From contig CAVSFZ010000023.1 of NCBI GenBank assembly GCA_963727235.1, forward strand, positions 248 to 64,247: DNA of 64,000 nucleotides, read 5' to 3'. The stretch comes from an uncultured Actinomycetes bacterium. Its GTDB lineage: Bacteria > Actinomycetota > Thermoleophilia > Gaiellales > JAICJC01. The first letter of the stretch is position 1; each line of letters starts with the position of its first letter. Under the pieces are notes generated by a model. That model was not told the origin of the DNA and made no database searches. It saw only the letters and a list, made by a program, of their open reading frames with translations. Made by a program: the position numbers and the translations under genes. Of this stretch, positions 38,361 to 46,905 are shown piece after piece.

Positions 38361-38413
38361 CTTGATCGGCGAGGGCGTCGCCGAGTAATCGGCCTTCGCC
38401 CTCGCCGATCAAG
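38361..38413 (-). terminator. strong compound hairpin between the ACAD-like gene and the CheW-CheC gene
   Basis: Perfect 17-bp arms, CTTGATCGGCGAGGGCG (38361-38377) and CGCCCTCGCCGATCAAG (38397-38413), with an inner GCCGA-GTAA-TCGGC stem-loop. On the minus strand the 3' arm ends in the AAG of the AAGGAG Shine-Dalgarno of the CheW-CheC gene. Confidence 0.5.
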
Positions 38414-38421
38414 AACCAGAG

Positions 38422-39795
38422 TTACCCGGCGTTTGCCTCCGCCAGGAGCTTCTCGGCCAGCTCGCGCTTCTCGTCGGAGGTCATCTTCTTGAGCTCATTG
38501 GAGAGGGCGCGCTGGTTGATCACGACGTTCCAGTAGTCGAGCGATTCCATTCCCAGAAGGGCGGTCTTGCCGACGAACTGGCGCAGCACCTCATTGGTCG
38601 GCCCCATCACCCAGCCGGCCTTGCCGTCGCGCAGGTAGCGCTCGAGCTGGAGCGGCTCCTTCTTGTACGCGGTGCCGCCGCAGCAGTGCAGCATCTTGTC
38701 GACCACATGGGCGACGTTCTTGGCTGCCGTGAACTTGATCTGCCAGCACCACGGGAGGTAGTTGCCGCGGGCCAGCTCGTTGGTGATCTTGGCCTGCGAA
38801 CCATCGGTCACCAGGTCGAGGGCATGGGCCACCCCGAACGTCATCAGGCGGGAGGCGTTGGTATCCATGATGGCCTCGCCGACCGCGTCCTGGATGGTGG
38901 GATAGTCACACACGCGCAGGCCCACGTCCTTGTGGGTCTTGCGGGTGGTGTGCCGAATGGCGATGTCGATCGCCCCCAGGGCGATCCCGTTCCAGGTGCC
39001 GGACGACCCGATCAGGAAGTTGGGGTCGACCGACTCGTCGTTGGAGAAGGCACCGTCGCCGATCTCACCGACCAGCTGTTCGCCGGGGACGAACTTCCAG
39101 TCGAGCAGCAGCGTGCCGGACTGGTTACCACGAAGACCCATGGCATCCCACTCCTCCGGCTTGGCCTCGATCTCGCTCTTGTCGACCACAAACACCGACA
39201 GGTTCGAGTAGTCGCCGTTGTACTCCGGTGACGTGGTCTGAAGCACGTAGAAGTCGGCGAAGCCGGCAGACGTCGTCCACGACGCCTTCTTCAGCACCTC
39301 GTAGCCGCCGTCGACGCTGCGCGCGCCGGAGGCGATCGGGTACCAGAAGTGCGAGCCGGTCTCGGGGTCGGAGTAGGACAGGGTGCCGATCAGGCCGTCG
39401 CGAGTCTTCGACAGATAGTTCTCGACCAGGTAGTCGGTGGCGCGCAGCTTGAGCGTCTCCACCGCACCGATGTGCATGACGTAACACATCGCGGCCGACG
39501 CATCGCCGTAGCGGGCGATCGTCTCGGTCACGTTTGCGTACATCACGTGGTTCTGACCGAGGCCGCCCCACTCCTTGGGCAGCATCAGGCCGAGAAACCC
39601 GTCGGGCCCCAGCGCCTCGAGGCTCTTGCGCGGGAAGGTCAGCGTGCGGTCGTTCTCCGCCGCCAGCGGCCGAATGGTCTCTTCGCAGATCTCCTTCAAC
39701 CGCTCCAGCAGCTTGAGCTGCTCGTCATCCAGATACCAATCGGGCTGGAACATGGGGTCCAGCCCGTTCATCGCGGACTCGGCGACCGTTGCCAT
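38422..39795 (-). CDS. acyl-CoA-dehydrogenase-family flavoprotein with a C-terminal extension
   Basis: 457 aa. AAGGGAG lies 6 nt before ATG 39795. ACAD-like blocks: LGLMLPKEWGGLG, SDPETGSHFW, WDAMGLRGNQSG, and ERYLRDGKAG. The tail is ELKKMTSDEKRELAEKLLAEANAG. Confidence 0.7.
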   Translation of the reverse strand: MATVAESAMNGLDPMFQPDWYLDDEQLKLLERLKEICEETIRPLAAENDRTLTFPRKSLEALGPDGFLGLMLPKEWGGLGQNHVMYANVTETIARYGDASAAMCYVMHIGAVETLKLRATDYLVENYLSKTRDGLIGTLSYSDPETGSHFWYPIASGARSVDGGYEVLKKASWTTSAGFADFYVLQTTSPEYNGDYSNLSVFVVDKSEIEAKPEEWDAMGLRGNQSGTLLLDWKFVPGEQLVGEIGDGAFSNDESVDPNFLIGSSGTWNGIALGAIDIAIRHTTRKTHKDVGLRVCDYPTIQDAVGEAIMDTNASRLMTFGVAHALDLVTDGSQAKITNELARGNYLPWCWQIKFTAAKNVAHVVDKMLHCCGGTAYKKEPLQLERYLRDGKAGWVMGPTNEVLRQFVGKTALLGMESLDYWNVVINQRALSNELKKMTSDEKRELAEKLLAEANAG

Positions 39796-39963
39796 CCGGG
39801 TCTCCCTTCGTCGTCAATAGGCAGCGATATCCTACTGTTCTCGCAGCCCCCCAGTCTATGGTGGTTACTCCACCTGATGGCGAGATGTCCATGCCGAGGT
39901 GGACATGAAAGCCTGCAACAAGCGCCAAGAAGGTCGGCGCGGCGGGCAACCGGCTCCCGGCGG

Positions 39964-39969
39964 TACCAT
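39964..39969 (+). promoter_or_regulatory. candidate -10 box (TACCAT) for a leaderless PucR-type regulator transcript
   Basis: TACCAT is followed by 6 nt (CTGGAT) and then GTG 39976. Confidence 0.3.
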
Positions 39970-39975
39970 CTGGAT

Positions 39976-41793
39976 GTGTCCGTTTCGCACACATCCGCAG
40001 ATGCCGCGGAGGCGGCCGTGCCGATCGCGCCACAGCGCGGCGTCGACAGCCGCTATCTCCACCAGATCATCAACACGGTGTCGTCGACGCTCGACCTCGA
40101 CCGGGTGCTGCGGGCAATCGTCGAGGTGATCACCGACGCGATCGACTGCCACGCCTGCTTCATCTACTTCGTCGACCCCGACGACGGCTCGCTCACGCTG
40201 CGATCGGTGTCCGAGCCCTACGGCAGCCTGGTCGGCAGGCTCCGCTTCGAGCACGGCGAGGGTCTGGCCGGATGGGTGGCGGTCAACAACCAGCCGGTGT
40301 TCCTCGACGACAACGCGCTGGCCGACCCGCGCGTGAAGATCGTGCCGGAAGCCGAGGAAGAGGACTACCAGTCGCTGGTCGCGGTGCCGCTGAACGACAA
40401 GTCGGGCACCGTCATCGGCGTGATCGCGCTGCACGCCGAGGCGCCCCGGGAGTTCACCCAGGCCGACTCAGACTTCCTGATGCATTCGGCCACCCTGGTG
40501 GCCGGTGCGATCGAGAACGCGCGGCTGTACCAGGACACCCGCCGCCGGCTGGCGTTGGTGGAGGGCCTGGCCGACCTGGCCCGGGCGGTTGCCGACGCGG
40601 CCCGCCTGGACGACCTGCTGCCGGCCGTGGCCAAGCGCGCACACCGGCTGCTGACCGTCGACGCCTGCCAGCTGTATGTGGTCGATCCCGCCGGGGGAAG
40701 CGAGCTCTTGTGCAGCGCCTGGCCGCCCGAGGCCGGTCCGCCGACGCCGATCACCGCTCAGGAGATGGGGGTCGAGATCGCCCGCCGCACCCCCGGCAGC
40801 GGACGCCTGGCTGCTCGCCTGTGGGATCGCGACTCGCAGGGATCGGCGGCGGTGCTGTCGCTGGTGGCCGCCGATGAGCTGGTGGGATTCCTCGCCCTGC
40901 GGATTCCCGAGGGCCGCCGGATGGACGCCGAGGAGCGCGAGATCGCGGCTTCGATCGCCGGGCAGACGGCCGTTGCCATCAAGAAGGTCGAGCTGATCGA
41001 CCGGCTCACGGAGCGAAACGCGATCAAGGACCTGCTCGAGGATCTGGCGCACGCCACCGCCACCCCGGAGGAGCTCGGCGCCCGCGCCCGGGCGCTGGGC
41101 ACGGATCTCGACCGGCCGCATCTGGTGATGCAGGCCGTGCCCCGTCCGGGGACGGCCTCACGGACGTGGGACGAAGTCGCAACGGCGTTGGAGAGCACCG
41201 CCACCCGCTCGTTCCCCGGCTCGCTGTTCGACCGCCGCGACGCCGCTCTGCGCGGACTGATCCGACTCGACGCCGGCGGCGAGAAGGCCGCCGTGGCGAA
41301 GCTGCGCGAGCTGCACGCCACCCTCAACGCCCGCCACCCGCTCGCAATCGGGCTGTCGCAGCGCTGCGAAGGGGCGGCCAGCTTCCGCACCGGATTCGAA
41401 GAGGCCGAGCAGGCCGTGGCCGCAGCCGCGATCGTCAGTCCCGAGCCAAGCGTGGTCGGCTTCGACGACCTGGGCGCCTACAAGTACCTGCTGCGGGTGG
41501 GCCAGGACGGCCGGGTGCGCGACCCCCGCGGCGACGCTTTGAAGGTGCTGGTCGAGTACGACCGGCGGCACCGGTCACAGCTTTTGTCGACCCTGGAGGA
41601 GTACCTCAAGCGCCGCGGAAACATCGCAGCGGCGGCCCAGACGCTGTACGTGCACCCCAACACCCTGCGGCAGCGCCTGCGGCGAATTCAGGATCTCACC
41701 GGGCTGGACGTCGCCAACGAAGATTGGCTCATGATCGAGATCGAGCTGAAGCTGCTGCGGCTCGAGCACACGCTGGGCCGACCAAGCTCGTGA
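39976..41793 (+). CDS. GAF-domain protein with a C-terminal PucR-type helix-turn-helix (PucR/CdaR family regulator)
   Basis: LDLDRVLRAIVEVITDAIDCHACFIYFVD...GEGLAGWVAVNNQPVFLDD...VAVPL...GVIALH (GAF), followed by a second GAF-like region. The C-terminus is LEEYLKRRGNIAAAAQTLYVHPNTLRQRLRRIQDLTG. The upstream part of ORF 39349.. is antisense to the ACAD-like gene and was not called. Confidence 0.75.
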   Translation: MSVSHTSADAAEAAVPIAPQRGVDSRYLHQIINTVSSTLDLDRVLRAIVEVITDAIDCHACFIYFVDPDDGSLTLRSVSEPYGSLVGRLRFEHGEGLAGWVAVNNQPVFLDDNALADPRVKIVPEAEEEDYQSLVAVPLNDKSGTVIGVIALHAEAPREFTQADSDFLMHSATLVAGAIENARLYQDTRRRLALVEGLADLARAVADAARLDDLLPAVAKRAHRLLTVDACQLYVVDPAGGSELLCSAWPPEAGPPTPITAQEMGVEIARRTPGSGRLAARLWDRDSQGSAAVLSLVAADELVGFLALRIPEGRRMDAEEREIAASIAGQTAVAIKKVELIDRLTERNAIKDLLEDLAHATATPEELGARARALGTDLDRPHLVMQAVPRPGTASRTWDEVATALESTATRSFPGSLFDRRDAALRGLIRLDAGGEKAAVAKLRELHATLNARHPLAIGLSQRCEGAASFRTGFEEAEQAVAAAAIVSPEPSVVGFDDLGAYKYLLRVGQDGRVRDPRGDALKVLVEYDRRHRSQLLSTLEEYLKRRGNIAAAAQTLYVHPNTLRQRLRRIQDLTGLDVANEDWLMIEIELKLLRLEHTLGRPSS

Positions 41794-42017
41794 TGTGACC
41801 AGACGGTGGAGGACCGCACACATGGGTGCAATGAATTGTTCTCGCCCTGGCACTGACCGCAGGGGCCTATCTGCCTTAGGATCTGAGCTGGTCCCGGGAA
41901 AGGATGCCGCTGTGCGCCGTGTGTGTGGTTTTCTCTATAAGCGAATCAGGCCACACGTGCCACAACCGCTCATGCTGACCCGAATCGTCTGAACCTGAAG
42001 GGATCTGCTGACCCGCG

Positions 42018-42281
42018 ATGAGTTTTCTCTTAGCTTGCCCCAACTGCGGCCGCCGGCCGGTCGACGAGTTCTCCTACGGAGGCGAAATCACCTTCCGGCC
42101 GGACTCCTCTGAAGACGAGCATGCGCTCTTCAGCTACCTGTACTTCCGCCGCAACACCGCCGGCGAGCAGACCGAGTGGTGGTTTCACTCCTCCGGGTGC
42201 CGCGAGTGGTTCCAGGCGCGCCGCATCACCTCTGACAACACGGTGATCGAAACCGCCAAGCCGGGAGCGCTCAGTGCCTAA
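42018..42281 (+). CDS. soxD: heterotetrameric sarcosine oxidase-type delta subunit
   Basis: MSFLLACPNCGRRPVDEFSYGGE...YLYFRRNTAGEQTEWWFHSSGCREWF. Confidence 0.85.
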   Translation: MSFLLACPNCGRRPVDEFSYGGEITFRPDSSEDEHALFSYLYFRRNTAGEQTEWWFHSSGCREWFQARRITSDNTVIETAKPGALSA

Positions 42282-45000
42282 CCCCCGTTTGCTGGAACAC
42301 AACGGCGAGCTGATCGACCGCTCGCGCGAGATCGCGTTTTCGTGGCAGGGTGAGCCGTACACCGGCTATGCGGGCGACACGGTCGCCTCGGCGCTGTACG
42401 CCGCAGGTGTGCGGGTGTTCTCCCGCTCGTTCAAGTACCACCGCCCGCGCGGCCTGCTGTGCTGCAGCGGCCAATGCCCCAACTGCCTGGTGCAGGTGGA
42501 TGGGGTGCCCACGGTGCGGGCCTGCATGACGCCGATCCGGGGCGGGATGCAGGTGCAGCACATCAACGCCTGGCCTTCGCTCGAGCGAGACGCGCTGCAC
42601 GCATTGACCAAGGTCACCCCCGGTTTCGGCATGCAGGTCGGCTTCTACTACAAGACCTTCATCCGGCCACGGTGGGCGTGGAAGTACTACGAGAAGTTTC
42701 TCCGCACCGCCGCCGGCCTGGGCAAGCTCGACCCCGAGCATCGCCGCACCCGCCGGTTCGAGAAGGTGCACCGGCACGTGGACGTCCTGGTGATCGGCGG
42801 AGGCCCCGCCGGCCTCGAAGCCGCCATCGCCGCTGCCGGCGAAGGCCGCGATGTGGCGCTGGTGGACGAAGGCCTGGCTCTGGGCGGGCACCTCGCCTAC
42901 TCCGGCCACAAGGCCGCCACGGCGGCTCAGGAACTGGCCGATCGCGCCCGGGATCTGGGCGTCCACATCCTCCAGCCGGCCTACGCCGGAGGCATGTACG
43001 AAGGCAACCTCGTGCCCGTCTACCAGGGCGACACGATGCACCGCTTCCGCGCCGAGGAAGTGGTGCTGGCCAGCGGCACCATCGAGCAGCCGCTGGTGTT
43101 CGCCGGCAACGATCGGCCGGGCGTGATGCTGGGAAGCGCCGCCCGCCGCCTCGTGAACCAGTTCCGGATCCCGCCCGGCGAACAGGCGGTGGTGGTGTGC
43201 GCCGACGATGCCGGCATCGACGCCGCGCTGGATCTGGCTCACGCCGGGATGGTCGTCACGGCGGTGGCCGATACCCGCGCGGGCGCGCGCGATGAGCGCC
43301 TCGCCCAGGCCGGGATCGAGCATCTCACCGGGTTTGCGCCGGTGCGCACCAAAGGTCGCAAGTCGGTCACCGGCGTCGAGGTGGCCCGCGGCTCGGAGAC
43401 GCGCAGCCTGAGCGGCGACGTGGTGCTGATGTCCGGAGGCCAGGTCGGCCAGCTGGGCTTCCTCACCCAGGCCGGCGGCACCATCCGGTACGACCGCGAG
43501 CAGCGGGTGTACGTCCCCGACCACGTCCCCAACGGCGTGCGCGTGGCGGTTGAGCCGGTGGGCTCGAGCGAAGCCATCCCGGCCAAGTGCGCAGACGCAT
43601 CCGGCAAGCAGTTCGTGTGTTACTGCGAGGACGTGACCACCAAGGACGTGCACCAGTCGATCGAGGAAGGTTTCGCGTCGCTGGAGCTCAGCAAGCGCTA
43701 CACCACCGTCACCATGGGCCCCTGTCAGGGACGCATGTGCCACCGCAACTCGGGCCTGCTGATCGCCTCCGAGCTGGGGATCGATCCCGACGGCCAGCAG
43801 GCCGGTGTGACCACCGCCCGGCCGCCGCATCACCCGACCAGCTTCTCGCTGCTGGCCGGGCGCGGCTATGAGCCGGTCAAGCGCACCACCATGCACCACT
43901 GGCACGAGGAGCACGGCGGCCGGATGCTGTGGGCCGGCGACTGGAAGCGGCCCTACGACTACGGCTCACCGGACGACGAGACCGCGGCGGTGCACGACTC
44001 GCTGGGCCTGATCGACGTGTCCACCCTGGGCAAGCTGATCGTCCGCGGGCCCGATGCTGCCGAGTTCCTGGAACGGCTCTACCCCAACCGGTTCGGCGAC
44101 ATGAAGCTGGCTCGGGTGCGATACGCGGTGGTCTGCGGCGACGACGGCTCGATCATCGACGACGGCACCGTTGCCCGCCTGTCGGACACCGAGTACTACG
44201 TCACCACCACCTCGTCGGGAGCCGGCGGGATGGAGCAGTGGTTCACATGGTGGAACGCCGTGTGGAACATGGACGTGCAGGTGATCAACGTCACCAGCGC
44301 GATCGCTGCGGTCAACGTGGCCGGGCCCAACGCCCGCACCGCGCTGGGCAAGCTGACCCAGTTCGACCTCTCCAACGAGGCCTTCCCGTACCTGGGAGCC
44401 GGCCATGCCACCATCGCCGGAGTCCCCGGACTGGTGCTGCGGATCGGCTTCGTCGGTGAGCTCGGATACGAGATTCACTATCCCAGCGCTGCCGGCGAGT
44501 ACCTGTGGGAACAGCTGATGGAGGCTGGTGCCGAGTTCTCGGTGAAGCCGTTCGGGCTCGAGCCCCAGCGCGTGCTGCGGCTGGAGAAGATGCACGTGAT
44601 CGTCGGCCAGGACACCAACGCCGAGTCCAGCCCGCTGGAGGCGGCGATGCCGTGGATCGTGAAGCTGGACAAGGAGTCACCCTGGATCGGCCGCTACGCG
44701 CTGGAGTACTTCAAGCGCCGCGGAGACCGGTTCGCGCTGATCGGATTCACCGTCGACAACGGCAAGACCCCGGTCGAGGGAACCCAGGTGATCGGGCCGA
44801 ACGGCCGGCCGATCGGCCGCATCACCAGCTCCCGCTTCTCCAAACGGCTGGGCAAGGCGATCGGAATCGCCTGGGTGCCGATCGACTTCGCCGAGGAGGG
44901 CAACGCGATCACCATCTCGGATCCCTCCGGGGCCAAGATCCCCGCGACCGTGACGCACAAAGCGTTCTACGACCCCGACGGAGAGAAGCTGCGCTCATGA
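42274..45000 (+). CDS. soxA: heterotetrameric sarcosine oxidase-type alpha subunit
   Basis: 908 aa. FSWQGEPYTGYAGDTVASALYAAGVRVFSRSFKYHRPRGLLCCSGQCPNCLVQVDG, VDVLVIGGGPAGLEAA, and a C-terminal GcvT-like folate-binding region. Confidence 0.9.
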   Translation: MPNPRLLEHNGELIDRSREIAFSWQGEPYTGYAGDTVASALYAAGVRVFSRSFKYHRPRGLLCCSGQCPNCLVQVDGVPTVRACMTPIRGGMQVQHINAWPSLERDALHALTKVTPGFGMQVGFYYKTFIRPRWAWKYYEKFLRTAAGLGKLDPEHRRTRRFEKVHRHVDVLVIGGGPAGLEAAIAAAGEGRDVALVDEGLALGGHLAYSGHKAATAAQELADRARDLGVHILQPAYAGGMYEGNLVPVYQGDTMHRFRAEEVVLASGTIEQPLVFAGNDRPGVMLGSAARRLVNQFRIPPGEQAVVVCADDAGIDAALDLAHAGMVVTAVADTRAGARDERLAQAGIEHLTGFAPVRTKGRKSVTGVEVARGSETRSLSGDVVLMSGGQVGQLGFLTQAGGTIRYDREQRVYVPDHVPNGVRVAVEPVGSSEAIPAKCADASGKQFVCYCEDVTTKDVHQSIEEGFASLELSKRYTTVTMGPCQGRMCHRNSGLLIASELGIDPDGQQAGVTTARPPHHPTSFSLLAGRGYEPVKRTTMHHWHEEHGGRMLWAGDWKRPYDYGSPDDETAAVHDSLGLIDVSTLGKLIVRGPDAAEFLERLYPNRFGDMKLARVRYAVVCGDDGSIIDDGTVARLSDTEYYVTTTSSGAGGMEQWFTWWNAVWNMDVQVINVTSAIAAVNVAGPNARTALGKLTQFDLSNEAFPYLGAGHATIAGVPGLVLRIGFVGELGYEIHYPSAAGEYLWEQLMEAGAEFSVKPFGLEPQRVLRLEKMHVIVGQDTNAESSPLEAAMPWIVKLDKESPWIGRYALEYFKRRGDRFALIGFTVDNGKTPVEGTQVIGPNGRPIGRITSSRFSKRLGKAIGIAWVPIDFAEEGNAITISDPSGAKIPATVTHKAFYDPDGEKLRS

Positions 45001-45674
45001 CGGTTACCGACCCCTACGCATTCCTGTCGCCGGCCGCCGTGGCACCGTCGGGATCGCATACACCCAGCCTGCGCACGCCCATGGAGCGGGCGCACATCAA
45101 CGCCGGAGCGGCGCTCACCGACCACCAGGGCTGGCGGATCGCCACGTATCCGGCCGAGTCGGCCGAGCTGTGGATCGCCGATCGCTCGCATCTCGGCAAG
45201 CTCGACCTGCGCGGCACTGCCGAGCAGCTGGACACGCTCACCGGCGGGCTCGAGCCCGGCCACGCCCGTGACGACGGAGGCGTGTGGACGCTGCGGCTGA
45301 CCGCGACCCACGGATACGTGATCTGCGGATTCGACCGTGTGGCCGAGCTGCGGGAGCGAATCGGAGCGGCCGGAATCGACATCACCTGCGCCATGGCGGC
45401 GGTCGAGATCGGCGGGGAGCAGTGGCGCGAGGTGTTCATGCGCTCGTCCGGCTCGGACGTGCGCGCGAGCAGGTTCCCACACAACCGCTGCGTCGCCGGA
45501 TCGGTGATGCGCTGCCCGGCGCTGATCCTGAATGCCGGTGACCGGGTGTTGATGCTGATCGGGTGGGAGTTCGGCGAGTACTTCTGGGAGGCCATCCTGG
45601 ACGCCGGAGTCAACCTCGGCATCACCCCCATCAACCCACTTGGCAACCCGACCCAGCAGGAGGAGCAGGCATGA
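44997..45674 (+). CDS. soxG: heterotetrameric sarcosine oxidase-type gamma subunit
   Basis: ATGA overlap with soxA. The position and size (225 aa) fit, and DRSHLGKLDLRG is a gamma-subunit-like block. Confidence 0.7.
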   Translation: MTVTDPYAFLSPAAVAPSGSHTPSLRTPMERAHINAGAALTDHQGWRIATYPAESAELWIADRSHLGKLDLRGTAEQLDTLTGGLEPGHARDDGGVWTLRLTATHGYVICGFDRVAELRERIGAAGIDITCAMAAVEIGGEQWREVFMRSSGSDVRASRFPHNRCVAGSVMRCPALILNAGDRVLMLIGWEFGEYFWEAILDAGVNLGITPINPLGNPTQQEEQA

Positions 45675-46882
45675 TCGGGCTGCTCAAGAAGCACCGGTTC
45701 TTCAAGGCACACGAGCTCAAGTCGTCCTACGACGTGATCATCATCGGCGCCGGCGCGCACGGCCTCGCCACCGCCTACTACCTGGCCAAGAACCACGGCG
45801 TCAAGAACATCGCCGTGCTGGACAAGTCGTACATGGGCGCGGGTGGATCGGGCCGCAACACCACCATCATCCGCTCCAACTACCTCACACCCGAGGGGGC
45901 GCTGTTCTACGAGGCCAGCGTGAAGCTGTACGAGAACCTGTCCAAGGAACTCAACTTCAACACCATGTTCTCCCAGCACGGCCACCTGACACTGGCGCAC
46001 TCCGACCGCTCGGTCAACACCATGATGGAGCGGGCCGAGGTCAACCGGCTGGTGGGCGTCGACTCGCGGGTCGTGTATCCGGACGAGATCAAGGAGCTGT
46101 GCCCGCAGCTGGACACCACCGAGCACCCCACGTTCCCGATCCTGGCCGCGCTCTACCACCCGCCCGGCGGCATCATCCGCCACGACGCGGTGGTGTGGGG
46201 CTACGGTAAGGAGTCGGTGCGGATGGGCGTCGAGATCCACCCCTACACCGAGGTCACCGCCATCAACACCGCGGGCGGCAAAGTCACCGGGGTGGAGACC
46301 AATCGCGGCACCATCAACGCGGGCACGGTGATCTCGTGCACCGCAGGGTGGAGCAGCGGCATCTGCGACATGGTCAACATCCCGCTGCCGCTCACCACGC
46401 ACATCCTCCAGGCCTGCGTGACCGAGCCGGTCAAACCGCTGCTGGACAAGATCATCGTCTCCGGCACGCTGCACATCTACATCAGCCAGTCTGACCGCGG
46501 AGAGTTCGTGATGGGCTCGGAGATCGAGCCGTACTCGGGATACTCCACCAAGGGCACGTTCCGATTCATCGAGGATCTGGCGATGCACATGATCGAGCTC
46601 TTGCCGATGCTCGGCGAAGCCCGCATCCTGCGCCAGTGGACGGGGCTGTGCGACGTCTCGCCCGACTACTCGCCGATCATGGGCGAGACCGAGGTGGACG
46701 GGTTCGTGGTCGACGCCGGCTGGGGCACGTACGGCTTCAAGGCCTCGCCGATCGTGGGCCACACCATCGCCGAGCTGGTTGCGTCGAAGAAGACGCCGCA
46801 GCTGATCGAGCCGTTCAAGCTGTCGCGGTTCTACGAGGACCGGCTGGTTTCTGAGCGCGGCGCCGCCGCGGTTTCACACTAG
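45671..46882 (+). CDS. soxB: heterotetrameric sarcosine oxidase-type beta subunit (FAD)
   Basis: ATGA overlap with soxG. YDVIIIGAGAHGLATAYYLAKNHG and GGSGRNTTIIRSNY. Confidence 0.9.
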   Translation: MIGLLKKHRFFKAHELKSSYDVIIIGAGAHGLATAYYLAKNHGVKNIAVLDKSYMGAGGSGRNTTIIRSNYLTPEGALFYEASVKLYENLSKELNFNTMFSQHGHLTLAHSDRSVNTMMERAEVNRLVGVDSRVVYPDEIKELCPQLDTTEHPTFPILAALYHPPGGIIRHDAVVWGYGKESVRMGVEIHPYTEVTAINTAGGKVTGVETNRGTINAGTVISCTAGWSSGICDMVNIPLPLTTHILQACVTEPVKPLLDKIIVSGTLHIYISQSDRGEFVMGSEIEPYSGYSTKGTFRFIEDLAMHMIELLPMLGEARILRQWTGLCDVSPDYSPIMGETEVDGFVVDAGWGTYGFKASPIVGHTIAELVASKKTPQLIEPFKLSRFYEDRLVSERGAAAVSH

Positions 46883-46905
46883 ATTCGAACCAAGGGAGCA
46901 CTTCG

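Noticed and set aside
39885-39906. Inverted repeat ATGTCCA-N8-TGGACAT in the intergenic region between the ACAD-like gene and the regulator, as an operator
   Set aside because: The arms are only 7 bp, the repeat occurs once, and no known consensus matches. This is too weak to annotate.
39349-39975. N-terminal 209-aa extension of the PucR-type regulator ORF
   Set aside because: This part is antisense to the acyl-CoA-dehydrogenase-like gene and has shadow-ORF composition. Recognisable GAF sequence starts only after GTG 39976, which also has a TANNNT-N6 promoter-like context.
41830-41920. Glycine riboswitch call in the soxD leader
   Set aside because: I saw only loose resemblance to two conserved blocks and could not trace a convincing P1-P3 architecture by eye. 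It is kept as a low-interest item to test rather than annotated as a feature.
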